The notes below the pieces were generated by a model. It had not been told where the DNA came from and searched no databases. It saw nothing but the letters and a program-made list of their open reading frames with translations. 64,000 nt of DNA. Source: a candidate division WOR-3 bacterium. Its GTDB lineage: Bacteria > Hydrothermota > Tepidihabitantia > Tepidihabitantales > Tepidihabitantaceae. Below, one piece after another: positions 8,350 through 17,535 of the stretch. The stretch is taken from positions 1 to 64,000 of the forward strand of contig CBFGJV010000013.1 in the NCBI GenBank assembly GCA_965649205.1. The letters run 5' to 3'. Made by a program: the position numbers and the translations under genes. Position 1 is the stretch's first letter; each line of letters opens with the position of its first letter.

Positions 8350-9048
8350 GTGGAACAGAAGCAGAAGGCGGTCGAGGAATCGGGCGAGAGTAAAACCGCG
8401 GCAGCCGGCAAGGTTCAGCCCCAAGAGGCAAAAGAAAAGCCTCGCGCAACCGGCACGGCTCTGGCAGTGGCGCCGCAGGCACTGCCGGTGCCGGACGAGG
8501 AACTGGTACGCCGGGTACAGGCCGGGAATACGGAGGCTTTTGAAGAGTTGGTGCGCCGGTATGAGAGAAAAGTCTACAATGTGATTTACCGGCTGGTAGG
8601 AAATGAACAGGACGCCAAGGAAGTGTTGCAGGACACATTCCTGCGGGCCTACCGTTTTATCGGCAAGTTTCAGTTCAAGTCAGGCTTTTTTACCTGGCTC
8701 TACCGGATTGCAACCAATACCAGCCTTACCCGGCTGCGGCAACGGAAAACGCCAGTGATGGTTTCTCTGGACGAGCCGGTGGGTGAAGAGGGAGACCTGC
8801 CTCTGGAGATTCCGGATTACAAGTATAATCCAGAGCAGATGATGAAGCAGCGGGAGTTGCGTATGGCTCTGAAGAAGGCGGTTGATTCCCTTCCTCCGGA
8901 TTATCGCTCGGTGGTGGTGCTACGCGACCTGGAGGGACTGAGTAACGAAGAGGTGGGGAAGATTCTTAAGCTGTCGGTGCCGGCTGTGAAGTCCCGTCTG
9001 CACCGGGGCCGGCTGGCTTTACGGGAAATGCTGGCCGATTATCTGTGA
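8350..9048 (+). CDS. ECF RNA polymerase sigma factor (RpoE/SigW-like)
   Basis: Region 2 (AFEELVRRY...FFTWLYRIATN) and region 4 (LRDLEGLSNEEV...VKSRLHRGR). Confidence 0.92.
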   Translation: MEQKQKAVEESGESKTAAAGKVQPQEAKEKPRATGTALAVAPQALPVPDEELVRRVQAGNTEAFEELVRRYERKVYNVIYRLVGNEQDAKEVLQDTFLRAYRFIGKFQFKSGFFTWLYRIATNTSLTRLRQRKTPVMVSLDEPVGEEGDLPLEIPDYKYNPEQMMKQRELRMALKKAVDSLPPDYRSVVVLRDLEGLSNEEVGKILKLSVPAVKSRLHRGRLALREMLADYL

Positions 9049-9099
9049 GAATGAACCGGAATTCAGAAATGGTGAGTCAAAAACTTACAGGGAGAAGTA

Positions 9100-9375
9100 A
9101 TGAATTCCCCGGATAAGTCCTTGTCTTCCTGCTCAGAGTGTGAACAGCTGTTCGTCCTGGTGAATGAATATCTGGACGGCGAAGTAAGTGTTCAGGCGCG
9201 GCAGGAGTTGATGGCGCATGTTACCTCCTGTCAGGATTGTGCCCGGATGTTGTGGAAGATGGAACGGCTTGTCTGCTGCTGCCGGGCAGAACCAGGAGAA
9301 TCGGTGCCCGAAGCTGTACACCGGGAGCTCTGGCAGGTATTGCTCAGGGAATTACATTCGCAGGCAGAAGAGTAG
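9100..9375 (+). CDS. Zinc-binding anti-sigma factor (zf-HC2/ZAS)
   Basis: EYLDGE...HVTSCQDC (HxxxCxxC), directly downstream of the ECF sigma. Confidence 0.85.
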   Translation: MNSPDKSLSSCSECEQLFVLVNEYLDGEVSVQARQELMAHVTSCQDCARMLWKMERLVCCCRAEPGESVPEAVHRELWQVLLRELHSQAEE

Positions 9376-9384
9376 AATCTTCAC

Positions 9385-9423
9385 AGACGGAGAAGAGGCT
9401 GCCGTATTCTCCGTCTTTTTCTT
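9385..9423 (+). terminator. Rho-independent terminator
   Basis: AGACGGAGAA...TTCTCCGTCT stem followed by a T-run. Confidence 0.6.
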
Positions 9424-9436
9424 CTGGGGACCTTAG

Positions 9437-10528
9437 TTGACCAAGATGCGGATTGCAGTGGCAATAAGCGGGGGGGTGGATTCGGCGGTTGCAGCCCTGT
9501 TGCTGCGACAACAGGGATACGAAGTCATAGGTGTGACTATGCTACTTGCCGAGGAAGGACTGGGTGGTCCAGCCTCCGGTGAAGTCAGACACCCGCTCAG
9601 ATACGCCCGGCGGGTGGCAGCAGAGCTGGGTATTCCTCACCACACGCTTGACTTCCGGGAACAGATGGAGCAGGAGGTGATTTTCGATTTCTGCGCGCAG
9701 TACGCGCGTGGGCGTACGCCAAATCCGTGTGTCAGGTGCAACGAACGGCTGAAGTTTCGACTGCTTCTGCAACAAGTCAGGCAGTTGGGGGCAGAGAAGT
9801 TGGCTACCGGACATTATGCGCGCATCTGCCAGGACGGAAGCGGAAGATGGCAACTACTGCGGGCAAAAGATAGAGCCAAGGACCAGTCATATTTTCTTTA
9901 TCGGGTGACGCAAGAGCAGCTGGAGCAATTGGTAATGCCGTTGGGAGATTTGAGCAAGCAGGAAGTAAGAGAGTTGGCCGGGAGGTTTGGATTGCCGGTA
10001 GCCGAGAAAGAGGAAAGCCAGGAAGTATGTTTTGTGCCGGACGGTGACCGGCCCGCGTTTCTGAGACAACGAAGGCCAGAACTTATCCGGGCGGGTAAGA
10101 TAGTTGATACCAGAGGCAGAGTACTGGGTGAGCACGAGGGCATTGCTTGTTATACGGTAGGCCAGCGCAAGGGACTGGGAATAGCGCTGGGCGGACGGAG
10201 GTATATTGTACGACTGAAACCGGAAACGAACGAAGTGGTTGTGGGCACCTACGAAGAGGCGCTTTCCGCTACGGCGGAACTGGAGGAGGTACACTGGATT
10301 TCTACAGAACCGGCGAGTGCGATTGAGGTTATGGTGAAGATACGCAGTCAGCATGAAGGGGGGATGGCCATAGTAGAACCACAGGGAAGAGAGGCGAGAG
10401 TGAGTTTCAGAGAGCCGCAGTTTGCGGTGACAGCCGGTCAGTCTGCGGTGTTCTATCAGGGCGATGTGGTACTGGGCGGAGGAATAATAAGAGCAGCGAA
10501 AAGCAAGATTGCTAACCAGGAGGTATGA
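9437..10528 (+). CDS. mnmA: tRNA 2-thiouridine(34) synthase MnmA
   Basis: SGGVDS, TPNPCVRCN, ATGHYA, KDQSYFL, ESQEVCF and GQSAVFY motifs. Confidence 0.95.
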   Translation: MTKMRIAVAISGGVDSAVAALLLRQQGYEVIGVTMLLAEEGLGGPASGEVRHPLRYARRVAAELGIPHHTLDFREQMEQEVIFDFCAQYARGRTPNPCVRCNERLKFRLLLQQVRQLGAEKLATGHYARICQDGSGRWQLLRAKDRAKDQSYFLYRVTQEQLEQLVMPLGDLSKQEVRELAGRFGLPVAEKEESQEVCFVPDGDRPAFLRQRRPELIRAGKIVDTRGRVLGEHEGIACYTVGQRKGLGIALGGRRYIVRLKPETNEVVVGTYEEALSATAELEEVHWISTEPASAIEVMVKIRSQHEGGMAIVEPQGREARVSFREPQFAVTAGQSAVFYQGDVVLGGGIIRAAKSKIANQEV

Positions 10529-12099
10529 TGTTTGCAGTGCTGCTGGCACTAATTTCTGTAAACGTAAGTTCAAGCATCGATTCGGTGGTGGTGTATCCTC
10601 ACTTGGTGCAGGTTGTACGTACGGCCCGGGTTTCTGTTTCGGGTCCGGGCGAACTGGTGTTTACTGGGCTGTCTGGTGCTCTGGATGATAATACGGTACG
10701 GATCAGTGCTCCCGGGCTGGGCGTGGGTGAAGTCCAGGTGCGGCGGGGTTATCTGGCTGAGCCGACACCTGCCGTGAAAAAGCTGGAACAGAAGGTAAAA
10801 GACCTGGAGGATAAGCTCAAGAAGCTCAGAGACGAAGCAGATATCGTCAAAGCGAAGCTAGAGTTCCTGCAATCCGTCAAGCTGGGAACGCCGGAACTGA
10901 TAGCCAAGGAATTGCAGCAGGGCAAGGTGTCGGTTCAGTCCTGGCGCGAGGCGCTTTCTTTTCTGGCCGAGGAGATGGCCCGGGCTATGGCGCGGCAGGT
11001 TGGACTTGACCGGGAACAGGAGGAAGTAAGAAAGGAGCTGGAAGCCGCCCGACAGGAATATAACGACGCCCGAGCGCAGATGGAGAATCGCAAGGAGGTG
11101 AGGCTGGACTACAGCGCAACTGCAGGTACCTACGAGGTACGTTTGTCTTATGCTGTGCCTTATGCGGCGAGCTGGTCGCCTTACTACGAACTGCGCGCTC
11201 AGCCGGATAGGGATAAGGTGGCTTTATCCTACTTCTGCAAGCTTGCCCAGAAGACCGGGGAAGACTGGGAGCAGGTGAAGGTAGTTATTTCCACCTCTCG
11301 GCCTGAATTCGGTGTTACGTTGCCGGCTCCAGAACCCTGGTATGTTTCTTTGATTGAAACTTGGGACCGTCCCACATACGACGGAGCTATGGCGACTGAG
11401 GCCATGCCTGCTCCGGGTGTGGCGATGAAGGCTGAGGTTCCGGGGCGCCAGTATGAACAGGTTGAAGCAGTGGAAACAGGCATTTCACTGCAGTATGTCA
11501 TACCTGGTCGTGTTAGTCTGAAGTCAGGAGAACCGGCCAAGAAACTTCTCTTGCGAGAAGCGAGCTTGGCAGCCGAATACAGCTACTTCAGTCTGCCGCG
11601 TAGCCGACCCCAGGCTTTTCTGCAGGGCAAACTGGTCAACACCACGCCATTCGTATTTCTGGCAGGCGAAGCCGGCACTTATGTGGGAGACGAATATACC
11701 GGATCCAGCTATCTGCCTGCGGTCGCACCGGGCGAGACCACCGAGCTTAGCTTCGGTACCGATGAACGGGTGAAGGTTACGCGGGAACTGGTGAAGAGCT
11801 TCAAGTCCAGAGGCGGACTTTTTTCCCGGACGGAGAAGGTTCAATTCACTTACAAAACCACCGTGGAAAACTACTTGCCCAAGACCATTCGTATAGAGGT
11901 GATGGAACAGGTGCCGGTGTCACAGCAGAGCGAGGTGAAGGTCACGGTGAACAGAGTGGAACCAAAGTTCCTTGAACAGGATAGGGACAATGGCACCTAT
12001 ACCTGGAAGCCGGAATTGGAAAGCAAAGCCAAGTTCGTGATAGACTTGGACTTTACTGTGGAATATCCTGCTGGCAAACGAATACAGGGACTATACTAG
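10525..12099 (+). CDS. DUF4140/DUF4139 (MuiA-like) protein
   Basis: IDSVVVYP...VVR N-terminus, coiled coil, ASWSPYYELR, QKTGEDW...ISTSRP, LSFGTDERV. Confidence 0.8.
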   Translation: MMFAVLLALISVNVSSSIDSVVVYPHLVQVVRTARVSVSGPGELVFTGLSGALDDNTVRISAPGLGVGEVQVRRGYLAEPTPAVKKLEQKVKDLEDKLKKLRDEADIVKAKLEFLQSVKLGTPELIAKELQQGKVSVQSWREALSFLAEEMARAMARQVGLDREQEEVRKELEAARQEYNDARAQMENRKEVRLDYSATAGTYEVRLSYAVPYAASWSPYYELRAQPDRDKVALSYFCKLAQKTGEDWEQVKVVISTSRPEFGVTLPAPEPWYVSLIETWDRPTYDGAMATEAMPAPGVAMKAEVPGRQYEQVEAVETGISLQYVIPGRVSLKSGEPAKKLLLREASLAAEYSYFSLPRSRPQAFLQGKLVNTTPFVFLAGEAGTYVGDEYTGSSYLPAVAPGETTELSFGTDERVKVTRELVKSFKSRGGLFSRTEKVQFTYKTTVENYLPKTIRIEVMEQVPVSQQSEVKVTVNRVEPKFLEQDRDNGTYTWKPELESKAKFVIDLDFTVEYPAGKRIQGLY

Positions 12100-12131
12100 A
12101 CAGAATTAGGCGAAAATGGGCTAGGCTTCTG

Positions 12132-12992
12132 CTACCTTTGTACTACTAGCTTCTTCGTCTCACTCCAGTCGTCGGCTTCTAATTTTACCAGATATCTGCC
12201 TGCGGGAACCTGGCTCAGATCGATTTGCACCACGCCGTTTTTTTCGGCCATTTCTTGCATGGTCCTCACCGGCCGACCAAGCTCGTCGAAAATGGTGATG
12301 GTAACGGGTCCTGGCCGGGGCAGGTTGTAGCGGACCGTAGCTGAACGGGTTGTGATCAGATTGGGCGATATGATGAAACTCGGCCGTACGACTAGCGGAG
12401 GTTTGGTTACGACTCCGGTGTTCGGCAGTATCGTAATTGGAAAACCAGTTCCTACCCCTACGCTGTATTGTCGCAGCGGCACACCTAAGTAGTTGAAGCT
12501 CTCGTGCACATGGTAATCTATCGAGTAATCTCCAGGAGGCATGTTGCGCGGGACATCAACCTCTATGGAACAGGTAAAGGCTCCGGCATCCGCATGATTA
12601 TAGAGTTCATCGGCATAGCTGAACCAGGCGTATCCCGGCGGCGGAGGAACGCTGTCATTCATGTGCGTATTGGCTTCTTCGTCCTGCTGGGTTTGTACAA
12701 AGCGCGGACAATCATCGGTGTAGTTGAAAATAGCCTGGACCACGGACATCCCTTGATCAGCCTGAGGCAGAGTTTTGGAAAAGATGAAGCCGCAGGGATT
12801 GTAGACGCTTGCCCCTTCCCAGGTGCATTCCATCACCACCCAGTATCGGCTACCCTGCATTGCTTGGGAAGGCTGGGCAATAGTTCCTCCAGTGAGGTAG
12901 CACGCCACGATGAGCAACCCGACCAGCAAAATAGTCAGAGTCACTCGTATCGGTACCCGCAGCTTCCGCGGCCAGCGAACATTCGTAATCAT
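12132..12992 (-). CDS. Secreted protein with T9SS-type-A/FlgD-like C-terminal domain
   Basis: SD GGAGG, N-terminal hydrophobic segment, C-terminus ISPN...ITIFDELGRPVR...PAGRYLVKL...KKLVVQR. Confidence 0.75.
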   Translation of the reverse strand: MITNVRWPRKLRVPIRVTLTILLVGLLIVACYLTGGTIAQPSQAMQGSRYWVVMECTWEGASVYNPCGFIFSKTLPQADQGMSVVQAIFNYTDDCPRFVQTQQDEEANTHMNDSVPPPPGYAWFSYADELYNHADAGAFTCSIEVDVPRNMPPGDYSIDYHVHESFNYLGVPLRQYSVGVGTGFPITILPNTGVVTKPPLVVRPSFIISPNLITTRSATVRYNLPRPGPVTITIFDELGRPVRTMQEMAEKNGVVQIDLSQVPAGRYLVKLEADDWSETKKLVVQR

Positions 12993-13308
12993 CTTACCTC
13001 CAATCTGCGCGAGAAGCGCTTCTTGCTGCAGTAGCTGGTTTCCTGCGTCTTCGCTGTCCCCTTCTTTTTCTGTCTAATACATAAGCGCGGAAACGATATC
13101 TGTCAAGTGGCAGGCAAAACTTGTCAAAAGCACAGCTGGTAGAGATTCGGGAAAAGAATTAGTTTATGTGGTCTATGGGGCCTCCAGATGGCGCAACCTT
13201 GCGTACCGAATGCATGCAAGGTTCAGTACGGTGGTGTCATTGACGAGGCAGTTGACTATGACTGTTGCTATTGCTTTTGCCACCACGTCGTACCACCCTT
13301 GCCTTAAA

Positions 13309-13336
13309 TTGACACTTAGAAGAAATTTGCTATGCT
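13309..13336 (+). promoter_or_regulatory. his operon promoter
   Basis: TTGACA-N16-TATGCT with TG extension. Confidence 0.65.
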
Positions 13337-13344
13337 TTCTCCCG

Positions 13345-13440
13345 ATGATATATAGCTTCGGTGTTCTTCTCGGACTGCATAAGTGTAATCATAAGCATAC
13401 CACCGGTGGCTCGGGGCCGGTGCAGAGCCGTATGAAGTAG
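13345..13440 (+). CDS. Putative his leader peptide (31 aa, HKCNHKH)
   Basis: MIYSFGVLLGLHKCNHKHTTGGSGPVQSRMK*. Three CAT codons, located between the promoter and the attenuator hairpin. Confidence 0.65.
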   Translation: MIYSFGVLLGLHKCNHKHTTGGSGPVQSRMK

Positions 13441-13491
13441 AAGCACCGAGTAACCCGAAGCCACCGTCCCGCAAGGGGCGGTTTTGCTTTT
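13404..13491 (+). terminator. his attenuator (terminator/antiterminator)
   Basis: Terminator ACCGTCCC-GCAA-GGGGCGGT-TTTGCTTTT (13463-13491). CGGTGGCTCGGG (13404-13415) can pair with CCCGAAGCCACCG (13454-13466), overlapping the terminator 5' arm. Confidence 0.7.
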
Positions 13492-13507
13492 GTAAGGAAG
13501 AAGAATT

Positions 13508-14566
13508 GTGAAGAAAGATACTTCAGAACCGATTGCTCCGAATCAGACCGTAGGCTTATCGCCCCACGTGGTCAGTCGCCGTTGGCGAGCGCAGGAAATA
13601 ATGCGCCGCACCTTTGAGAAGTTCGGCTATCGTCCGCTGGAAACCCCGGCTCTGTACCGAGCCGAAGCTGTAGCTCCGGGGTATGGAACCGGAATCCAGG
13701 GATTGATGTGTACATTGCGGGACGACAGTGGACAAGAGTTGACCCTGGCCTATGACCTTACGGTGCCACTGGCCCGCTATGTGGCGGCCAACGCCAAGCG
13801 TCTGTCTTTGCCTTTCAAACGCTATCAGGTGCAAAGCGTCTGGAGGCCTCTATCCGGACGGCCGGGCCATTTCCGCGAGTTTCATCGCTGCGATGTGGAT
13901 ATAATCGGCTCTGCTCATCTGGCCTGCGACGCGGAAATATGCCGGGTTGTCGCCGATACGTTGTCTGCGTTGGAACTGGAACCTTTTGTTATCTGTTACA
14001 ATCTGGCAGACCCGGCCCAGGTGGACACGGCTGAGTTTCTTTCCTGTTGTGAGCGGTTGGGTTTAGCCAAAGAGAGACTAAGGCGGGACAGCGGGTTGGT
14101 GCGGGATCTGGGCTATTACACCGGTCTTGTCTTCGCGGTGGAATTGGTCGGTAAGGAAAGTCCGGTTTGCGTGGGAGGGCGCTACACCATCGCTCTGAGC
14201 GGACAGCGTGTTACCGGGGTGGGAGTTTCCTTTGACTTGGACCGGATTGTAACCGAGCTTGCTCACCGCAAAAGGGAACGCCACACCAGTGTCAATGTGC
14301 TGGTGATGTCGCATCCGCAGCGGGAAAAGCAGACGTTGGAATTGTATCGGGAATTACTGGATTCTGATGTTTCTGCCAGTTGCTACTTCGAGGCAGTTTC
14401 GCTTTCCCGTCAGCTCAGCTATGCCCGCGAGCAGCACATCCCCTTTGCTGCTGTCCCGAATCCGGACGTGGGCAACGTTACCCTCATCCATGTTCCTACC
14501 GGTCGCAGAAAGAGTATCCCCCGAGGTCAGGTGGCAGAATATCTGCGAGGTTTCTATGATACATAA
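13508..14566 (+). CDS. HisRS-derived protein, probable ATP phosphoribosyltransferase regulatory subunit (HisZ-like) or degenerate HisRS
   Basis: YDLTVPLARYVA, PFKRYQ..VWR, FREF..CDVDIIG, YYTGLVF, GGRY and a C-terminal anticodon-binding-like domain. First gene of the his operon. Confidence 0.75.
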   Translation: MKKDTSEPIAPNQTVGLSPHVVSRRWRAQEIMRRTFEKFGYRPLETPALYRAEAVAPGYGTGIQGLMCTLRDDSGQELTLAYDLTVPLARYVAANAKRLSLPFKRYQVQSVWRPLSGRPGHFREFHRCDVDIIGSAHLACDAEICRVVADTLSALELEPFVICYNLADPAQVDTAEFLSCCERLGLAKERLRRDSGLVRDLGYYTGLVFAVELVGKESPVCVGGRYTIALSGQRVTGVGVSFDLDRIVTELAHRKRERHTSVNVLVMSHPQREKQTLELYRELLDSDVSASCYFEAVSLSRQLSYAREQHIPFAAVPNPDVGNVTLIHVPTGRRKSIPRGQVAEYLRGFYDT

Positions 14567-15185
14567 TGGCGTCAGAATTGCCCTGCAGCGCGACGGCCGA
14601 CTGCGGGCCGGAAGCCTGGCGCTCCTGGCACGTTGCGGTCTGATTCCCCGGCCAGAATCAGAAAGGGCCCTGGTCGTACCCTGTGGAAAAGGCGTCTCCC
14701 TGCTTTATGTCCGCCATCGCGACATCCCCCGCTACGTGGAACTGGGCGCAGCAGACCTGGGTGTCGTGGGAGCCGACCTGCTGGCTGAACAGAAAACCCG
14801 TTGCCAACCGGCCGCCAGACTGGGTTTTGGCCGCTGCCGTCTGGTTATTGCCGTGCCCGCGTCTTCGCCTGTCCGTCAGCCGTCCGAACTGGAAGGCGAA
14901 CGTATCGCCACCTCCTACCCGATTACCCTGCGCCGGTTCTTGGCCCGCCAGCATATCTCTGCCTCAGTCATTGAGCTGTCCGGTTCGGTTGAAGTTGCCC
15001 CGGCCCTGGGTCTGGCTGACGCAATCTGTGACATAGTGGAGACCGGTAACACACTTCGGGCAAACAACCTTGTTCCGGTAGCGGAAGTGGCAGAATGGGA
15101 AGCGGTGCTGATAAGAAACCCGGGAGCGGAAAACCTGGCTGTAAGTGAATGGGTCGCAAAGATAGCCCGCGAGGTGCAGATATGA
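14556..15185 (+). CDS. hisG: ATP phosphoribosyltransferase, lacking the C-terminal regulatory domain
   Basis: RIALQRDGRL, DIPRYVE.G.ADLGVVG, RIATSYP, GSVEVAP.LGLADAICDIVETGNTL; 209 aa. Confidence 0.92.
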   Translation: MIHNGVRIALQRDGRLRAGSLALLARCGLIPRPESERALVVPCGKGVSLLYVRHRDIPRYVELGAADLGVVGADLLAEQKTRCQPAARLGFGRCRLVIAVPASSPVRQPSELEGERIATSYPITLRRFLARQHISASVIELSGSVEVAPALGLADAICDIVETGNTLRANNLVPVAEVAEWEAVLIRNPGAENLAVSEWVAKIAREVQI

Positions 15186-16477
15186 AACTGTACGATATCC
15201 GCCAGAGCGAACCTGCCGAGCTGGAGCATCTATGCCGGCGCCAAACCGGCAATATGGAGTCTGCGCTGCAAGTCGCCCGTAGAATACTGAGTGAGGTAAG
15301 ACACAGAGGGGAAGAAGCTCTGCGCGAGTATACAAGAACTTTTGACCGGGTAGAGCTGAAAGAGCTGGCTGTATCCCAGGACGAAATCGCAACCGCCGTG
15401 TCCCGCCTGTCGGATGAGCTTCTGTCCGCAATGAAACAGGCGGCGGACAACATTGAGCAGTTTCACCGCTCTCAGATGACAATCTTTCCCCGGCTGGAAA
15501 CAACTCCCGGGGTTTTATGCTGGACAGAAACCCGGCCCATAGAAAAAGTAGGGCTGTATGTGCCGGGAGGCAGCGCCAGCCTTGTTTCCACTCTGCTGAT
15601 GCTGGCGATTCCGGCCCGGCTGGCCGGCTGCCCTACCGTAGTTGTTGTCACTCCGCCAGGACCAGAAGGTAAGATAGCTGACGCTCTGCTTGCCGCCTGT
15701 CATCTGTGTGGCGTGGAAACTGTTTTCCGCGTCGGCGGAGCCCAAGCCATTGCCGCTCTGGCCTATGGCCAGGCCGGTCTGCCCAAGGTGGACAAGATAT
15801 TCGGCCCGGGCAATCGCTATGTGACAGCGGCCAAATTGCTGGTGTCTGCAGACCCTGCCGGCGCCGCAATAGATATGGCCGCCGGGCCCAGCGAAGCGCT
15901 AATCATCGCCGACCGCTTCTGCCGGCCCGACTTTGTCGCCGCCGACCTATTGGCTCAGGCAGAGCACGACCCAGATGCCGCTGTGGTACTGGTATCAGAC
16001 AGAAGTGAAGTTCTCCAGGCGGTAGAAGAAGAACTAGAACAGCAGTTACAGACTTTGCCCCGTGTCGACATCTGTCGTCGCTCTCTGTCCCATGGCCTGC
16101 TGCTTTTGGCCCGAGATCTGTTTCAAGCCCTAGAGTTCTCCAACCGCTATGCACCCGAACACCTCATACTGAATGTCGCCGACTGGCAGGAATTTGTTCC
16201 TCTCATTCGCAATGCCGGCTCGGTGTTTCTCGGTCCCTATGCCTGCGAGGCTGCCGGCGACTATGCCAGCGGCACCAACCACTGCTTGCCTACTTCCGGC
16301 TGGGCAAGGGCGGTATCTGGCCTTGCCGTCGCTGATTTTCAGAAACGTATTACCTTTCAGACTTTGTCAGCCGCTGGCGCACGCCAGCTCGCACCAACCG
16401 TGTGTCAACTGGCTGCTGCCGAAGGTCTGGAAGCTCATCGCCGGGCTATGGCCTGGCGGGCAGGAGGAGATGTATGA
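15182..16477 (+). CDS. hisD: Histidinol dehydrogenase
   Basis: GLYVPGG, GGAQAIAALAYG, KIFGPGN, AGPSE, QAEHD, APEHL, GDYASGTNH. Confidence 0.95.
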   Translation: MKLYDIRQSEPAELEHLCRRQTGNMESALQVARRILSEVRHRGEEALREYTRTFDRVELKELAVSQDEIATAVSRLSDELLSAMKQAADNIEQFHRSQMTIFPRLETTPGVLCWTETRPIEKVGLYVPGGSASLVSTLLMLAIPARLAGCPTVVVVTPPGPEGKIADALLAACHLCGVETVFRVGGAQAIAALAYGQAGLPKVDKIFGPGNRYVTAAKLLVSADPAGAAIDMAAGPSEALIIADRFCRPDFVAADLLAQAEHDPDAAVVLVSDRSEVLQAVEEELEQQLQTLPRVDICRRSLSHGLLLLARDLFQALEFSNRYAPEHLILNVADWQEFVPLIRNAGSVFLGPYACEAAGDYASGTNHCLPTSGWARAVSGLAVADFQKRITFQTLSAAGARQLAPTVCQLAAAEGLEAHRRAMAWRAGGDV

Positions 16478-17535
16478 AGTACCGCCCGCCAATTCCTGAC
16501 CGCATCCGCCGTCTGGACCGGTTTCTTGCTCCTGAAGCTTGTCGGACCACGTACGCCGGCCTGCTCCTTGACTTCAACGAGCGCACCACCGCCCTCAGTC
16601 CTGCCGTGCGCCAGAGATTCCTCCAACTGGCAGCAGATTTGCCTACCCACCTCTATCCAGAGTACGATGGCTTGGAAACCCGGCTTGCCCGCTACGCAGG
16701 AGTAAACAAGGATCAGATACTTGTCACCAACGGCTCATCCCAGGCTTTGGACATCATACTGCGTACATTCTGTGAACCGCGCGGTCAGGTCATAATTCCC
16801 CAGCCTTCCTTTTCGGTGTACGAGCGGCTTGCTTTCATCAATCGCTGCCGGATAGTCTCCTTGCCTCTGTGTCCGCCCCGCTTCACCTTTCCTCTGGCCG
16901 CAGTGCTGGAGAACATCCGGCCGGACACTCGTGTGATCATAATCGGTTATCCCAACAATCCCACCGGCACAATGCCCAGCCAGAAGGCTGTCGCCCGTAT
17001 CTGCCGCGCTGCTCCCCAGAGCATCGTTCTGGTGGACGAAGCCTACTACGAGTTCAGTGGCAAGACCTGCGTAGAGCTGGTTTCGCGCTTTCCCAATATC
17101 ATCATTACCCGTACTTTTTCCAAGGCTTTTGGTCTGGCTGCGCTGCGCGTGGGCTATCTCCTTGCTTCTTCCGCTTGCGTGACAGAACTGGCCAAGGTGC
17201 GCGGCCCCTTTGATGTGAATCTTGTCGGCTATCTCCTTGCCTGTGCCGCGCTTGACGACCTTGGTTCAGCACAGGGCTACAGTCGGGAAGTGATGTGTCG
17301 GGCCAAGCCGCTGGTAGAGAAGTTTCTGCGTCGTCACCGCATCAGGTTCGCTCCTTCGGCGGCCAATTTTATTCTCTTTCAGCCCCGGGACGCCGCCAGC
17401 CTGCGCCAGCGTCTGGCAGATACCGCCAGATTACGCGCGGGACCGCCGGGCTGGCTGCGACTTACCGTCGGTACGACACAACAGATGCGCAGGTTCATAG
17501 ACGCCTGGGATAAACTGTTGCAGGAGGGAGGATGA
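16474..17535 (+). CDS. hisC: Histidinol-phosphate aminotransferase
   Basis: TNGSSQ, PNNPTG, VDEAYYEF, RTFSKAFGLAALRVGY. Confidence 0.9.
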   Translation: MKYRPPIPDRIRRLDRFLAPEACRTTYAGLLLDFNERTTALSPAVRQRFLQLAADLPTHLYPEYDGLETRLARYAGVNKDQILVTNGSSQALDIILRTFCEPRGQVIIPQPSFSVYERLAFINRCRIVSLPLCPPRFTFPLAAVLENIRPDTRVIIIGYPNNPTGTMPSQKAVARICRAAPQSIVLVDEAYYEFSGKTCVELVSRFPNIIITRTFSKAFGLAALRVGYLLASSACVTELAKVRGPFDVNLVGYLLACAALDDLGSAQGYSREVMCRAKPLVEKFLRRHRIRFAPSAANFILFQPRDAASLRQRLADTARLRAGPPGWLRLTVGTTQQMRRFIDAWDKLLQEGG

